A stretch of DNA of 64,000 nucleotides from an uncultured delta proteobacterium (GCA_903892415.1 CAITIQ010000542.1:3050-67049), one strand, 5' to 3'; positions 17,592-27,245 are shown, counted from the stretch's first letter. The notes: generated by a model from the sequence alone, not told the origin. Numbers and translations: made by a program.

Positions 17592-19206
17592 TCGCCTTCG
17601 GCGGAACGTCGGGTTGGAGGTTTCTCTGCTGCAAACACGTAAGTTCTGGGGTTGGGGCTACGAGGGCGTTTCGGCCTCGCCCGCGCAGCTGGAGATGGCC
17701 AAGTCAGGGCTTTCCGCGCTGCTTGGTGGGACGTTGGTTCGGCGCGAACCACCCTCGCTCGACCAAGTCCAACTTGAGCCGTCTTCGCTCTCGTCGGCTC
17801 CAAGCCAGCTCGAGGCCCTGATTGACCGTTCGCCACGCGAGCGGCTGGGCCACGCGATGGGCAAGTCGTACCGCGATCTCGCGCGAGCGGTGCGCGGCGA
17901 TTTTTCGACGGCCCCCGATGCCGTCGCCTTTCCAGCGTCCGAGCAAGAGCTCGTGGATCTGCTCTCCTTCGCCAGCGAGCAGCGTTGTTCGGTGATCCCC
18001 TATGGCGGTGGCACCAGCGTTCACGGCGGGGTGACTCCGACCCGCGGAGAAGGTCCTGTCCTGTCGCTCGATCTGCGACGCATGAGCGGCGTCGTCGAGG
18101 TGGATCGCGAGAGCCTTCTCGCTCGCGTTCGAGCGGGAACGTTGGGCCCGGAGCTCGAGGCGCAACTCAAACCGCACGGTCTTTCGCTGCGTCATTTCCC
18201 GCAATCGTTTGAGCACTCCACGGTGGGCGGTTGGATCGCTACGCGAGCGGGCGGGCACTTCGCCACTGGCCCTACCCACATCGATGATTTGGTGGCCTCG
18301 CTCGCCGTGGTCACCCCGAGTGGCTCGCTCGCAACACGGCGGTTGCCGGGGTCCGGCGCAGGGCCCCAAGCCGAGCGGATGTTCATCGGCTCCGAGGGCG
18401 CGCTCGGCGTCATCACCGAAGCGTGGTTGCGCGTGTTTCCAAGGCCGACCCGTCGCTGCTCGGCCACCGTTCGCTTCAGCAGCATGAATGCCGGCCTCAC
18501 GGCGCTGCGCTCCATCGTTCAAGCGGGGATTGCCCCGACCAACGCACGCTTGCTCGACAACCTCGAGGCTCTGCTGAGCGGCGCCGGCTCCGGGGACTCC
18601 TGTTTGTTGCTGTTGGCCTTCGAGTCGGCCGGGGTGGACTTCGCGCCCTTGCTCGAAGCCGCCTGTGAGATCGCTCGCTCGCACGGCGGTCTGATCCCCG
18701 CCGAGCATGTGCGAGTTCAGCCAGGCGGTCGCGACGACACAGCAGACAGCTACAAGTCCGCGTTCTTCCGTGCGCCGTACCTGCGCGATGAACTCGCTCT
18801 GATGGACGTCTTCGCCGAGACCTATGAGACCGCCGTTCCTTGGAGCAAGGTTGAAGCGCTCGATGTCGCTGTGCGTGCGGCGCTCTCGACGTTGAAGCTT
18901 GGTCCGCACGCGCTCGCTCGGCGGATCACGCACGTCTACCGCGATGGCTGTGCGCCTTACTACACTCTCATTTGTAGGAACCCGGCCGACCCGGACGCGT
19001 TTTGGCTGGAGGTGAAGCACGCCTTGACCGAGGCCATTCTGAGTGAAGGCGGCACCGCAACGCATCATCACGCCGTTGGCAAGGAACTCGCCTCGGCTTG
19101 GGCGAGGGAAGTGCCAACGCTCTTCTACCAGGCGCTGCGAGCCGCCAAGAGCGTGCTCGACCCAAACGCGATCATGAACCCAGGGGTTCTGCTGCCGAGA
19201 GGCTGA
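17563..19206 (+). CDS. FAD-linked oxidase, alkyl-dihydroxyacetonephosphate synthase (AGPS)-like
   Basis: RKFWGWGYEG N-terminus, FAD-binding PCMH segment (CSVIPYGGGTSVHGG, VEVDRESLLARVRAGT), C-terminal GGTATHHHAVGKE. The start is either ATG 17563 (29-nt overlap) or in-frame TTG 17614. Confidence 0.8.
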   Translation: MTWSRAPCRSRLRRNVGLEVSLLQTRKFWGWGYEGVSASPAQLEMAKSGLSALLGGTLVRREPPSLDQVQLEPSSLSSAPSQLEALIDRSPRERLGHAMGKSYRDLARAVRGDFSTAPDAVAFPASEQELVDLLSFASEQRCSVIPYGGGTSVHGGVTPTRGEGPVLSLDLRRMSGVVEVDRESLLARVRAGTLGPELEAQLKPHGLSLRHFPQSFEHSTVGGWIATRAGGHFATGPTHIDDLVASLAVVTPSGSLATRRLPGSGAGPQAERMFIGSEGALGVITEAWLRVFPRPTRRCSATVRFSSMNAGLTALRSIVQAGIAPTNARLLDNLEALLSGAGSGDSCLLLLAFESAGVDFAPLLEAACEIARSHGGLIPAEHVRVQPGGRDDTADSYKSAFFRAPYLRDELALMDVFAETYETAVPWSKVEALDVAVRAALSTLKLGPHALARRITHVYRDGCAPYYTLICRNPADPDAFWLEVKHALTEAILSEGGTATHHHAVGKELASAWAREVPTLFYQALRAAKSVLDPNAIMNPGVLLPRG

Positions 19207-19208
19207 GC

Positions 19209-19853
19209 ATGCTCTCGCTTTTGCAGGTCTTGGAGCGGGCACGGAGCCTCGAGGGGTTGACCTTGGCCGAGGTGGTCGAGCAGTACAAGCTCGTCGCTCC
19301 TGGGCAGGGGGTTCACGCCAAAGGGCGGATCGGTGAGCTGTTCGAGCACGTCCTTGGCGCGACGGGCGGTTCGGGCCAGCGCGTTCGCGACTTCCCCGAG
19401 CTCGAGCTGGAGCTAAAGACGATCCCGATCGATCTGCGCGGTAAGCCCTTGGAGAGCACCTTCGTATGCGCTGTCGATCTCAACGAGGAGGTCGACTACG
19501 CGAACTCATGGGTGTTTCGAAAGCTGCGAAAAGTCCTGTTCCTGCCTGTGATCGGCGAGCGTCGCTCGGCGTCTGCCGTGCGTACGGTGGGCCGCGCCGT
19601 CCTCTTTGAGCCGACGCCCGAGGAGGATGCAGCGCTCGCCGCCGACTACGACGAAATCATGGGGCTCGTCGGGATTGGCCGGATCGAAGACGTAACCGCT
19701 CATCTCGGTGAGCACCTTCAGATCCGCCCAAAGGCGCGTGACGGCAGCGCCAGAACGCTAACCTTTGGGCGTGAAGGCGAGCACATCAGCACAGTGCCCC
19801 GGGGCTTTTACTTGCGTACCCGCTTCACAGAACACGTGCTGAATAGCCGCTAG
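19209..19853 (+). CDS. mutH: MutH/Sau3AI-family endonuclease (MutH-like over full length)
   Basis: DFPELELELKTIP (D..ExK catalytic motif), GKPLESTFVCAV, RKLRKVLFLPV, LGEHLQIRPKA, VPRGFYLRTRF. These are collinear with E. coli MutH as I remember it. The ATG lies 3 nt after the stop of the upstream gene. Confidence 0.85.
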   Translation: MLSLLQVLERARSLEGLTLAEVVEQYKLVAPGQGVHAKGRIGELFEHVLGATGGSGQRVRDFPELELELKTIPIDLRGKPLESTFVCAVDLNEEVDYANSWVFRKLRKVLFLPVIGERRSASAVRTVGRAVLFEPTPEEDAALAADYDEIMGLVGIGRIEDVTAHLGEHLQIRPKARDGSARTLTFGREGEHISTVPRGFYLRTRFTEHVLNSR

Positions 19854-19871
19854 TAACTTGGTATCAGTCCT

Positions 19872-21524
19872 TCAAAGGTTGCAACGCTCGCCGATCACAG
19901 CACCCGTCTCTTCGGTCATCGGTCCGAGCCCACCGTAGGTCGTGCGCTGCTCACTGCTCAGCTCGCGACTCTTGGCCACCTCGCCCAATACAGTTGCGCC
20001 CAAGGTCGGCGTGCGTTCGTAGCTCGCATAGTCGACCGTAAACAGCCCGAAGCGAGGCTCGAAGCCCTCGGCCCATTCGAAGTTGTCGTACAGGCTCCAA
20101 TGGTAATAGCCGCGTACATCAACCCCCGCCTCACGCGCCAGGGCGATCTGCTCCAGGCTGCGTACGACGTGCTCTGCGCGTCGCTCGCCGACCTCGGTGG
20201 CCAGGCCCGATTCACTGATGAGCAGCGGCAAGTCGGGGTAGCGCGAGGAGAAGTCCGACAACAGACTGAACACGGCAGGTTCGTAGAACTCGTACTTCAT
20301 CGCCGGGATGCATTTGGTCTTGTCGCCTCCCACCGGCGGCAGGCAGGCGCCAAAATCAATGGTGCCGAAACAAGGCGTGAGCGCGACCACTGGCAGCACA
20401 GGGTTCTTCGCCGTTACGCCGGAGCGGAAATAGTATTGTAGGCCGAGCCAATCCACTGTGCCGGCCACGCCCGGTACAGTCTTGTCAGGCTCCCCGTCGA
20501 GGTCGGTGTCGAATTCACCGGTACGAGCTGCGTCGAGAAAGAGATGATGATAAATGTAGACGACGCGATCGCGGGCAGCCAGATCCTCCGGATCCTCGCT
20601 TACTAGGTTATCCCGCGCGGGCACCCAATCTGCGATGCTCAGGGTGAACCCGACGTCCGCCGCGCTACCGTCGCTGTCGGCGTCGATGACGTCATTCATC
20701 TTTACGGCGGTATAGGCCGCAGCGTGGAGCTCTAGGTAGGTTTGCACAATAGGGATGAACTCCCCTAGCAGCTTCTCCTCGGTCAAAATGTTCGATTGCC
20801 CGGGGGGGAAACTACCAATGCCGTAGCCCGCCAACAAGTAATTCACCGGTTCATTGACGGTGCCCCACTCATCGACGCGGTCGCCAAATCGCTCAGCCAA
20901 CAGCGCTGCGTGCTCGCCAAATTCCTGGACGATCTGCGGCGCGCCTTCGCTGTTGCCGAACCCGCACAGGTTCGTGTCGGACGGCCCGTTCACACACTCA
21001 TTGTCGCGCGGGTCGGCAACCCAGATGGGGTTCGAGAAGTGGTGCAGCGTGATCATCGGCCGGATCCCAGCGGCAACCAGCGCATCAACTACTGCGTCGT
21101 AGTGAGCGAGCGCCTCCTCGTCGATCACGTTGCGCTCCGGCTCTACCCGAGCCCATTCGATGCTGAAACGATAGGAGTCCACGCCCAGCTCTTTCAGCAG
21201 CGCAATATCCTCGAGCGCGAGCGAGAAGCCGTTGGAAGCGTCTCCAACCGGGGCCTTCCCCTTACCGAGGCCTCCCTCGGCGACGGGCGCAGTAAACGCC
21301 CACCAATCCGTGGTTTGATTTTGGTCTTCAATCTGGGTCGACGCTGTGGCCGCGCCAAACCGAAAGCTGCCTTTCCCCTCGGCGCTGACCAGCGAGCCAG
21401 GTGGACTAAAGGCAATCGCCGCGGGTGCTCCGCCCTCACCACCGCTGCCACCCGAGCCAGCGTCATCCCCGCAGGCTGCCGTTAGCGCTGCGACCAAGAT
21501 TGCAATGTTACGAGTCCTCATCAA
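19872..21524 (-). CDS. Glycoside hydrolase family 1 (beta-glucosidase-like) lipoprotein
   Basis: Lipobox LVAALTAAC. Motifs GAATASTQIED, YRFSIEWARVEP, TLHHFSNPIW, TVNEP (acid/base Glu), LLISESG (nucleophile position), YYHWSLYDNFEW. Confidence 0.88.
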   Translation of the reverse strand: MMRTRNIAILVAALTAACGDDAGSGGSGGEGGAPAAIAFSPPGSLVSAEGKGSFRFGAATASTQIEDQNQTTDWWAFTAPVAEGGLGKGKAPVGDASNGFSLALEDIALLKELGVDSYRFSIEWARVEPERNVIDEEALAHYDAVVDALVAAGIRPMITLHHFSNPIWVADPRDNECVNGPSDTNLCGFGNSEGAPQIVQEFGEHAALLAERFGDRVDEWGTVNEPVNYLLAGYGIGSFPPGQSNILTEEKLLGEFIPIVQTYLELHAAAYTAVKMNDVIDADSDGSAADVGFTLSIADWVPARDNLVSEDPEDLAARDRVVYIYHHLFLDAARTGEFDTDLDGEPDKTVPGVAGTVDWLGLQYYFRSGVTAKNPVLPVVALTPCFGTIDFGACLPPVGGDKTKCIPAMKYEFYEPAVFSLLSDFSSRYPDLPLLISESGLATEVGERRAEHVVRSLEQIALAREAGVDVRGYYHWSLYDNFEWAEGFEPRFGLFTVDYASYERTPTLGATVLGEVAKSRELSSEQRTTYGGLGPMTEETGAVIGERCNL

Positions 21525-23413
21525 GCTCGACCTCCCCGCTTACGACGCAATGCCAAGATACCAACCAGCCCCCACGCCAACGCAGCCAACCCAGGCTCTT
21601 TGGGCGCATTCACGCGGCACGAACAGCCTAGTCCCGTTTCCGGCACATCCCCTGAACTCGAGTTCCCGCCGCCCGTTGCTGCTTCCCCGCCGCCTCCGGC
21701 GCCGCCAGCGGCTCCGCTCCCGCCGCCACCGAGCGGCAAAAGGCCTCCACCCTCGCCGCCTCCGCCTTGGGTAGTTGCGCCGCCCCCGCCATTCGGTTCG
21801 GCACCACCCCCGCCACTCGCGCCGCTGCCTCCTCCGCCATTGCCGCCGGTGCCAACGGGCTCACTAAACAATGCCGCAAAAGATTGCGAGAAGACCTCCG
21901 AGGACAGCGATGCATTAGCGCATACCTCAAAGTCGTAGTTCCAGTTGGCCAGGCCGAAGAGCGTGCTGCCAGCGGGAGCCGAGTTCACCTCCAAGGTGAA
22001 GGTAACCGTGCGTGCTCCCCCGCCTGGAATATCCCCTTCGTCCACCCCGCTGGCCAAGAGCGCACCGTTGACGGCGTTGCCGTTGATGTCTCCGGGCTGG
22101 CCGTCTGTCGTGAAGGAAACGAGCGAAACCTGCGCCGGCAAATCCACGTCCAGCACGACGTTCTGTGCGGTAACAGCACCATCGTTGGCGAGCGTCACTG
22201 ACACCGTGTACTGATCGCCGATTGTCACGTTGCTGGGACTCACCGTCGTATCCGACGCAACTCCGCCGAAGTCGGGCGAGTTGACGTCAATCGCCAACGC
22301 CGCCAGGATAGGCATGTAAGAGTCCCCGGTCGTAATCGTCCTTAGCACCGCGGCCGTCTGGCTATTGGCGAGTTGCCCCGTTTGGGAGCTGAGCGGAATG
22401 GTGGTTATGTCCCAGCCCTGGCGACCTCCGGAGATGTTGACGCCAGCTTGCGCGTTGTGGTTGTCCTGGCCGAAGGAGCCGCTCGTGTCGAGCTGGCCGC
22501 TACTGTCATTGATCTGACTGCAGAAGAAGTTGCTTCCTGGGTTATTGGGACCGCTGAGCGAGGCGAATGGGCCTCCAGCGCTAGCGCCGATCAGGAACTG
22601 ATCGCCGGTCAAATTGGCGTCCCCTTCGATCGCGCTCACCGCAGCGGTCCCCTCGACCACGCCCGCTGGTGGAGCGCAGAAACCAGTGACCGCGTAGTCT
22701 TGCTGCGAGTCCTCGTCCACGAAGGCCCCACCCACGAACACACTCAAGTTCTTGGTGGTAACCGATTGATCTCGATAGACGGTTACCAACGTCCAGCCGG
22801 CCGCGCTCAAGCTGTTGATGTTGGTGGTCTGGGTGCCGGGGACGCCCGAGACCGAATAGGTGCCCGTTTGCGCCGCTTTGACGAAGTCGGTAACGTCAGC
22901 GGAGCGTAAGTAATAGCGAATAGCGAACCCGCTTGCTGCGTTGCCCGACGTGGTAATGGCGGTCGCCGCGGCTGGCGTGACCTGCATCGAGGAGGCCCCT
23001 TGCGTGAGGGTGACCGAGCTTCCCAAGAGGGCGGAGACGTCCTCTTCGCCGTATTGGTAGCTACCGCCCCACAGCAGTTCTGCGTAAAGCACCTGGGCCT
23101 CGACCGGTAACGTCAGCTCGGCGCTGGAGCCGTTCATCAGCCAGTTGTTGGTGGTGCCTTGCGGCCAAGGATTCAGCGGGTTGAGCGGCAGGACGTCAAC
23201 CGAGTTTCCGAGGGACAAGAAGGTCCCGATCGAGTCGCGCGTCCCGGGGCCGTTCTCGTTCGTCGCCTTCGACAAGCCGAGCGTATTGCCCGTGGTCACG
23301 ATGCCGCCAGGAGCGGTGGTCGTGTAGCGGAGCACCTGAGCCGAAGCAGACGCCGGAATCACCACGGCCGCACACAAGGCCGTCAAAGAAAGCAGGACCC
23401 TCGTGAATCTCAT
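21521..23413 (-). CDS. Secreted DUF11-like repeat protein with MYXO-CTERM-type sorting tail
   Basis: Signal peptide (VIPASASAQ), DUF11-like segment (VSPSNVTIGDQYTVSVTLANDGAVTAQNVVLDVDLP), a long Gly-rich spacer, and a C-terminal GCSC + hydrophobic stretch + RRKRGGRA. ATGA overlap with the GH1 gene. Confidence 0.75.
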   Translation of the reverse strand: MRFTRVLLSLTALCAAVVIPASASAQVLRYTTTAPGGIVTTGNTLGLSKATNENGPGTRDSIGTFLSLGNSVDVLPLNPLNPWPQGTTNNWLMNGSSAELTLPVEAQVLYAELLWGGSYQYGEEDVSALLGSSVTLTQGASSMQVTPAAATAITTSGNAASGFAIRYYLRSADVTDFVKAAQTGTYSVSGVPGTQTTNINSLSAAGWTLVTVYRDQSVTTKNLSVFVGGAFVDEDSQQDYAVTGFCAPPAGVVEGTAAVSAIEGDANLTGDQFLIGASAGGPFASLSGPNNPGSNFFCSQINDSSGQLDTSGSFGQDNHNAQAGVNISGGRQGWDITTIPLSSQTGQLANSQTAAVLRTITTGDSYMPILAALAIDVNSPDFGGVASDTTVSPSNVTIGDQYTVSVTLANDGAVTAQNVVLDVDLPAQVSLVSFTTDGQPGDINGNAVNGALLASGVDEGDIPGGGARTVTFTLEVNSAPAGSTLFGLANWNYDFEVCANASLSSEVFSQSFAALFSEPVGTGGNGGGGSGASGGGGAEPNGGGGATTQGGGGEGGGLLPLGGGGSGAAGGAGGGGEAATGGGNSSSGDVPETGLGCSCRVNAPKEPGLAALAWGLVGILALRRKRGGRA

Positions 23414-23564
23414 GAAGGTCCCTTAGCGCGGCGGCATCGCGGCATCTACCGAAGGTGGAGCGGGCTCGTTCAGTTGGGCTCCCGTCGGCTGGCGGCGCAC
23501 CAAACGGGGCGGCTGAAGCAACGCCGCCTGCATCAGCGATCGCGGCTTGGTGTAATCTTGCTTC

Positions 23565-25532
23565 ATGAACTGGGCCTGTTCGTTCGTGCTTGGCTTGTGT
23601 CTCTTTGGATCGCTAACCGGTTGCAACGAAGAGGCGCCTCCCAATCCTGTGGATGAGCCACGGCCGCTCGAGATTCCCGATGATCCCAACTGTGATCCTC
23701 TGGTGCCGGAGGTGTGTGGGATGCCGTTCCCATCAAGCCTTTGGCTCGCTCCAGATGAAGGCACAGTTACCGGTTATCGCCTGCGTTTCGGCGACAGCAC
23801 GCTGCCAGCAAACCTGGCCGGGGTGCACGTCGCAAAGGAGCCCTATGAGCGTCTCGACGGTTTTGGCGTTGGCTCCCCAGCGCTTGCGTACTTTGCGAAC
23901 GTGGACGGGGCCTTGCTGCCGGATGAGGAGCACATCGAGGACACGCTGAAGGAGGACGCCCAGGTGATGTTCTTCGAGGAGGTGAATGGAGAGTTGAAGC
24001 GGATCCCGTGTTTCGCAGAGCTCGACCGAACCACCAAAGTCGAAGGGGAGGAAGGGCTCATCATTCGGCCCGCAGTCCTGCTGAAAGAAGCCACACGTTA
24101 CGTCGTGGCGCTTCGCGGGCTCAAGCAACGGGATGGGAAGGACGTCCCCCCGAGCGATGCCTTCGTCGCCCTGCGTGACAAGCGCGCCGAGGGCACCCCA
24201 GTCGAGGGGCGCGTGGCTCACTATGAGCAGCTCTTTGGCGAGCTGCAAACCGCCGGGGTCCCGCGCGAGGACTTGTTACTAACATGGGATTGGACCACCG
24301 CGTCGGGGGCTACTCTACACGGCCCGCTGTTGCATATGCGGGATGAGGCCTTTGCGGAGCTGGGAGATAAAAGCCCCGCGATGGAGATAGGCAGCCTAAC
24401 CGTCTATAGCGAAGCAGAGAACCCCAGCATTGCCTACGAGGTGCTGGGTACCTTTGACGTTCCCGACTATACGGTAGAACGGCCCCTCGAGGAGCGTACT
24501 GGCTATGTGCTCAATTGGGGAGAAGACGGCTTGCCGCAGGCTACTGGCCTAACCTACAAGGCCGAGTTCCGTGCACGTGTGCCCCGCACCGCATTGAGCG
24601 GTGACCCGCACGGTGTGATGCTCCACGGGCATGGGCTGAATGGCACCCACGCTCAGATCGACGCCTTCGATGAGTTGGCAGCCCAAGAGAAGGTGGTGGT
24701 CGTCGGCTGCAACATGATCGGCATGTCTTCCGAGGACGTGCCCGGCATTCTCGAGATGATCGCCGACTTCTCCGAGTTCCCTGTCTTGGCGGACCGCCTT
24801 CATCAAGGGGTGTTGAACCACGCGTTCTTGGTGCGTGCCATGAAGCTCGGCTTCGATAAATTGCCGGAGATCGCCGAGACGGGCTTGGTCGTCGACCCAG
24901 AGCAACTGTTTTATCACGGTATCTCCCAGGGCGGGATCTTCGGCGCGACGCACATGGCGATGAGCCTCGATATCAAACGTGGTCATCTCGGCGTCCCTGG
25001 GAACAACTATTCAACTTTGCTGCAACGGTCAGTTGATTTTGGGCCCTTCTTCTTGCTCGTCACCATCAACTACACCGACGCGCGCGACCGGCTGCTACTG
25101 CTCGCGGCCGCGCAGGGGCTCTGGGATCGCACGGATCCGGTGAGTCACTATCGGCATATCTCAGCAGAGCTCTACCCCAATACCCCGAGTCACGAGGTGT
25201 TGCTCGCCTCAGCGAAGGCTGATTGGCAAGTGGCAAACCTGACCAATGAAATCGCGGCGCGCAGCGACGTGGGAATCGCGCTCTTGCCTGGTTACGGTAA
25301 AGAGCTGGCGCTGATCAATCCCACGCCCTATCCCCACTTCGGCTCCGGCCTGGTCAACTATGACTTTGGCAATCCCTGGCCGGAGCCTGGCAACTACCCG
25401 CCAGCGGACGACGTGGGAGATCCGCACGGCTTGCCGCGCAAGTTGGCGAGCCACAATCAGCAGATGTTCCACTTCTTCCGCACAGGCGAGATCATCGACG
25501 TCTGCGGCGGGGACGGCTGCACCCCCGATTGA
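23565..25532 (+). CDS. Secreted lipase/esterase-like lipoprotein (alpha/beta hydrolase)
   Basis: Lipobox LFGSLTGC, a PFPSSLW-type N-terminal module, and a nucleophile elbow GISQGG. It has the same architecture as 50149-52179. Confidence 0.65.
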   Translation: MNWACSFVLGLCLFGSLTGCNEEAPPNPVDEPRPLEIPDDPNCDPLVPEVCGMPFPSSLWLAPDEGTVTGYRLRFGDSTLPANLAGVHVAKEPYERLDGFGVGSPALAYFANVDGALLPDEEHIEDTLKEDAQVMFFEEVNGELKRIPCFAELDRTTKVEGEEGLIIRPAVLLKEATRYVVALRGLKQRDGKDVPPSDAFVALRDKRAEGTPVEGRVAHYEQLFGELQTAGVPREDLLLTWDWTTASGATLHGPLLHMRDEAFAELGDKSPAMEIGSLTVYSEAENPSIAYEVLGTFDVPDYTVERPLEERTGYVLNWGEDGLPQATGLTYKAEFRARVPRTALSGDPHGVMLHGHGLNGTHAQIDAFDELAAQEKVVVVGCNMIGMSSEDVPGILEMIADFSEFPVLADRLHQGVLNHAFLVRAMKLGFDKLPEIAETGLVVDPEQLFYHGISQGGIFGATHMAMSLDIKRGHLGVPGNNYSTLLQRSVDFGPFFLLVTINYTDARDRLLLLAAAQGLWDRTDPVSHYRHISAELYPNTPSHEVLLASAKADWQVANLTNEIAARSDVGIALLPGYGKELALINPTPYPHFGSGLVNYDFGNPWPEPGNYPPADDVGDPHGLPRKLASHNQQMFHFFRTGEIIDVCGGDGCTPD

Positions 25533-25535
25533 GCT

Positions 25536-27245
25536 TTACCATGAAAGGTCCTCACCGCCCTCTGCGCCCGCGGGGGGACCTATCTTCAGCAAGGCAGCGA
25601 GGGTTGCGGAGTACGCGCGCGGATCGACTCTTCCGCTTGGCTTAAAGGCCTCACCAAGCTTGTGCACTCGTTCCCCGGTCGTCCGAACGAACATGGGGAC
25701 CGCCCGATCGAAGCGGTAGGGCGACCCGTGATTGCAGCCCTCACCCTCCACGTAACCCGTGTCGAAGAAAGCCTCGGGCGTTGGGACAATGAGTAGGTCC
25801 CCGGTGCTTTCATTGGTGGAGCGACAGACCAACGCTGACATCGAGTCAATCTCGTAACCAGGGCACGGCTGGGCGGCCGCGTTCCTCGAGTCCACGATGA
25901 GCGACACTCCAGGAGTCGCCGAGAGCGCCTTGCTGACTTCTGCTACCAGAGCTGTGCGTTGCGCGGCTGTAAGCTTCTCTGCGGCCTCGGAGAAATGGAC
26001 GAACGGTTCGCTCACCGCGCCGATCCACCGTCCTGGACCGACTGCGCGCGCCGCAGCGGTCGACGCTATGCGATAAAGGTCGCGAGCGTGGAGTCGAATC
26101 GTCTGTCCGCAGGCACGCTCGAACGGGTCCTCAGCGCCGCAGCGGTTACCCTGGGACGGTGCTTGCGGCCCCCCGTGGTCTGCTGAAAGAACGATGGAGT
26201 AGCCGTTTGTCCCGTAGAGCGAATCGAGCTTATCGAACAGGCGAGCTAGCTGGCCATCCAGGCGCAATAGCTCATCCCATGCCTCCTCCGAGTCCGGGCC
26301 AAAGATGTGATGGATATAGTCGTAGGAACTGAAGGATACAGCGAGGAAGGCATCTTGCCGTTCGGGCAGTCGGTCAAGCAGCGCGATGGTTGCGTCGGTT
26401 AGCAGCGCATCTCCCATCGGGGTCGCGAGCATGGCGCGTGCGGGGCGGTCGGTCTTCCAAAGCTCATGCGGGAAGCCGCGCCCCAACCCCTCGAAGTTGC
26501 CTTGCCCGACGGGATGCGGCGGCGCGTTCCGGTTCAACCAGGTTGGGTCGAGGGGAGTCCAATTGGTTGCTTGGTACTCTTCCCCAATCAGCGGCACTGC
26601 GTAGGGCAACAGAAGCGAAGGCATCGTTGGGCCGTAGGCGTTCGAGCTTACAAACCCGTTGGTCCCAACGTCGAACCAAGCGACGGCGTCCGGCGTGCGC
26701 CCACAGGCAAAGACCGCCCCGCGATCCTTCAGCGAAAGACACGCAATCGAAACCTCCGGGCGCTGGCGCCGCAATGCATCCGCCAGGGTCTCGACGTGGT
26801 TGGGCAAGACGGCCAACGAAGCCCCCGCTCGGTCGACGATGCCTTCGGCCGTAACGAGCTTCGTCCGCTCATCGCGTACAATCGCGTGCACGTTGTGGTC
26901 GCGGTCTGGAACCTCATTGGCGACGACGCGACTCTCGCGCGGTGGTAGCCCAGTAAAAAGCGCCGCGTGGCCGATCGCGGTAGACGTTTGTACGTGACCG
27001 TAGCGAAGCTCGACGAACTCCTCGGACTCTCGGAGGAGCCGTTTGAAGCCACCGTTCTCCGGAAGGGTGTGAAACCGCTCCTCCACATGCCAAAGAGCCA
27101 ACTGGTCGACGACGAGAGCAACGACGATGCGTGAGGGTCGGGGTTGCTGCGAACCTGGTGTTGTTGCAACCAATTCATCAGGCTCACTCAAATTGCAGCT
27201 GCTCAACAAGATGGGGCCCATGAGCGAAGCGATGAGACTCTTCAC
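25536..27245 (-). CDS. Alkaline phosphatase / nucleotide pyrophosphatase superfamily protein
   Basis: VVALVVDQL, FSSYDYIHH, LSADHGG. The probable lipoprotein start is (V)KSLIASLMGPILLSSC at about 27245. The longest ORF runs to 27422 but would overlap the neighbouring gene. Confidence 0.75.
   Translation of the reverse strand: MKSLIASLMGPILLSSCNLSEPDELVATTPGSQQPRPSRIVVALVVDQLALWHVEERFHTLPENGGFKRLLRESEEFVELRYGHVQTSTAIGHAALFTGLPPRESRVVANEVPDRDHNVHAIVRDERTKLVTAEGIVDRAGASLAVLPNHVETLADALRRQRPEVSIACLSLKDRGAVFACGRTPDAVAWFDVGTNGFVSSNAYGPTMPSLLLPYAVPLIGEEYQATNWTPLDPTWLNRNAPPHPVGQGNFEGLGRGFPHELWKTDRPARAMLATPMGDALLTDATIALLDRLPERQDAFLAVSFSSYDYIHHIFGPDSEEAWDELLRLDGQLARLFDKLDSLYGTNGYSIVLSADHGGPQAPSQGNRCGAEDPFERACGQTIRLHARDLYRIASTAAARAVGPGRWIGAVSEPFVHFSEAAEKLTAAQRTALVAEVSKALSATPGVSLIVDSRNAAAQPCPGYEIDSMSALVCRSTNESTGDLLIVPTPEAFFDTGYVEGEGCNHGSPYRFDRAVPMFVRTTGERVHKLGEAFKPSGRVDPRAYSATLAALLKIGPPAGAEGGEDLSW

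Noticed and set aside
21600-21938. Pro-rich ORF (PPPPAPPAAPLPPPP).
   Set aside because: It is the reverse complement of the poly-Gly spacer of the MYXO-CTERM protein, not an independent gene.
23548-23561. TGGTGTAATCTTGC upstream of 23565 as a sigma-54 promoter.
   Set aside because: The spacing is one nucleotide short (GG to GC is 11), and the element ends 3 nt before the ATG. That leaves no room for a leader or ribosome-binding site.
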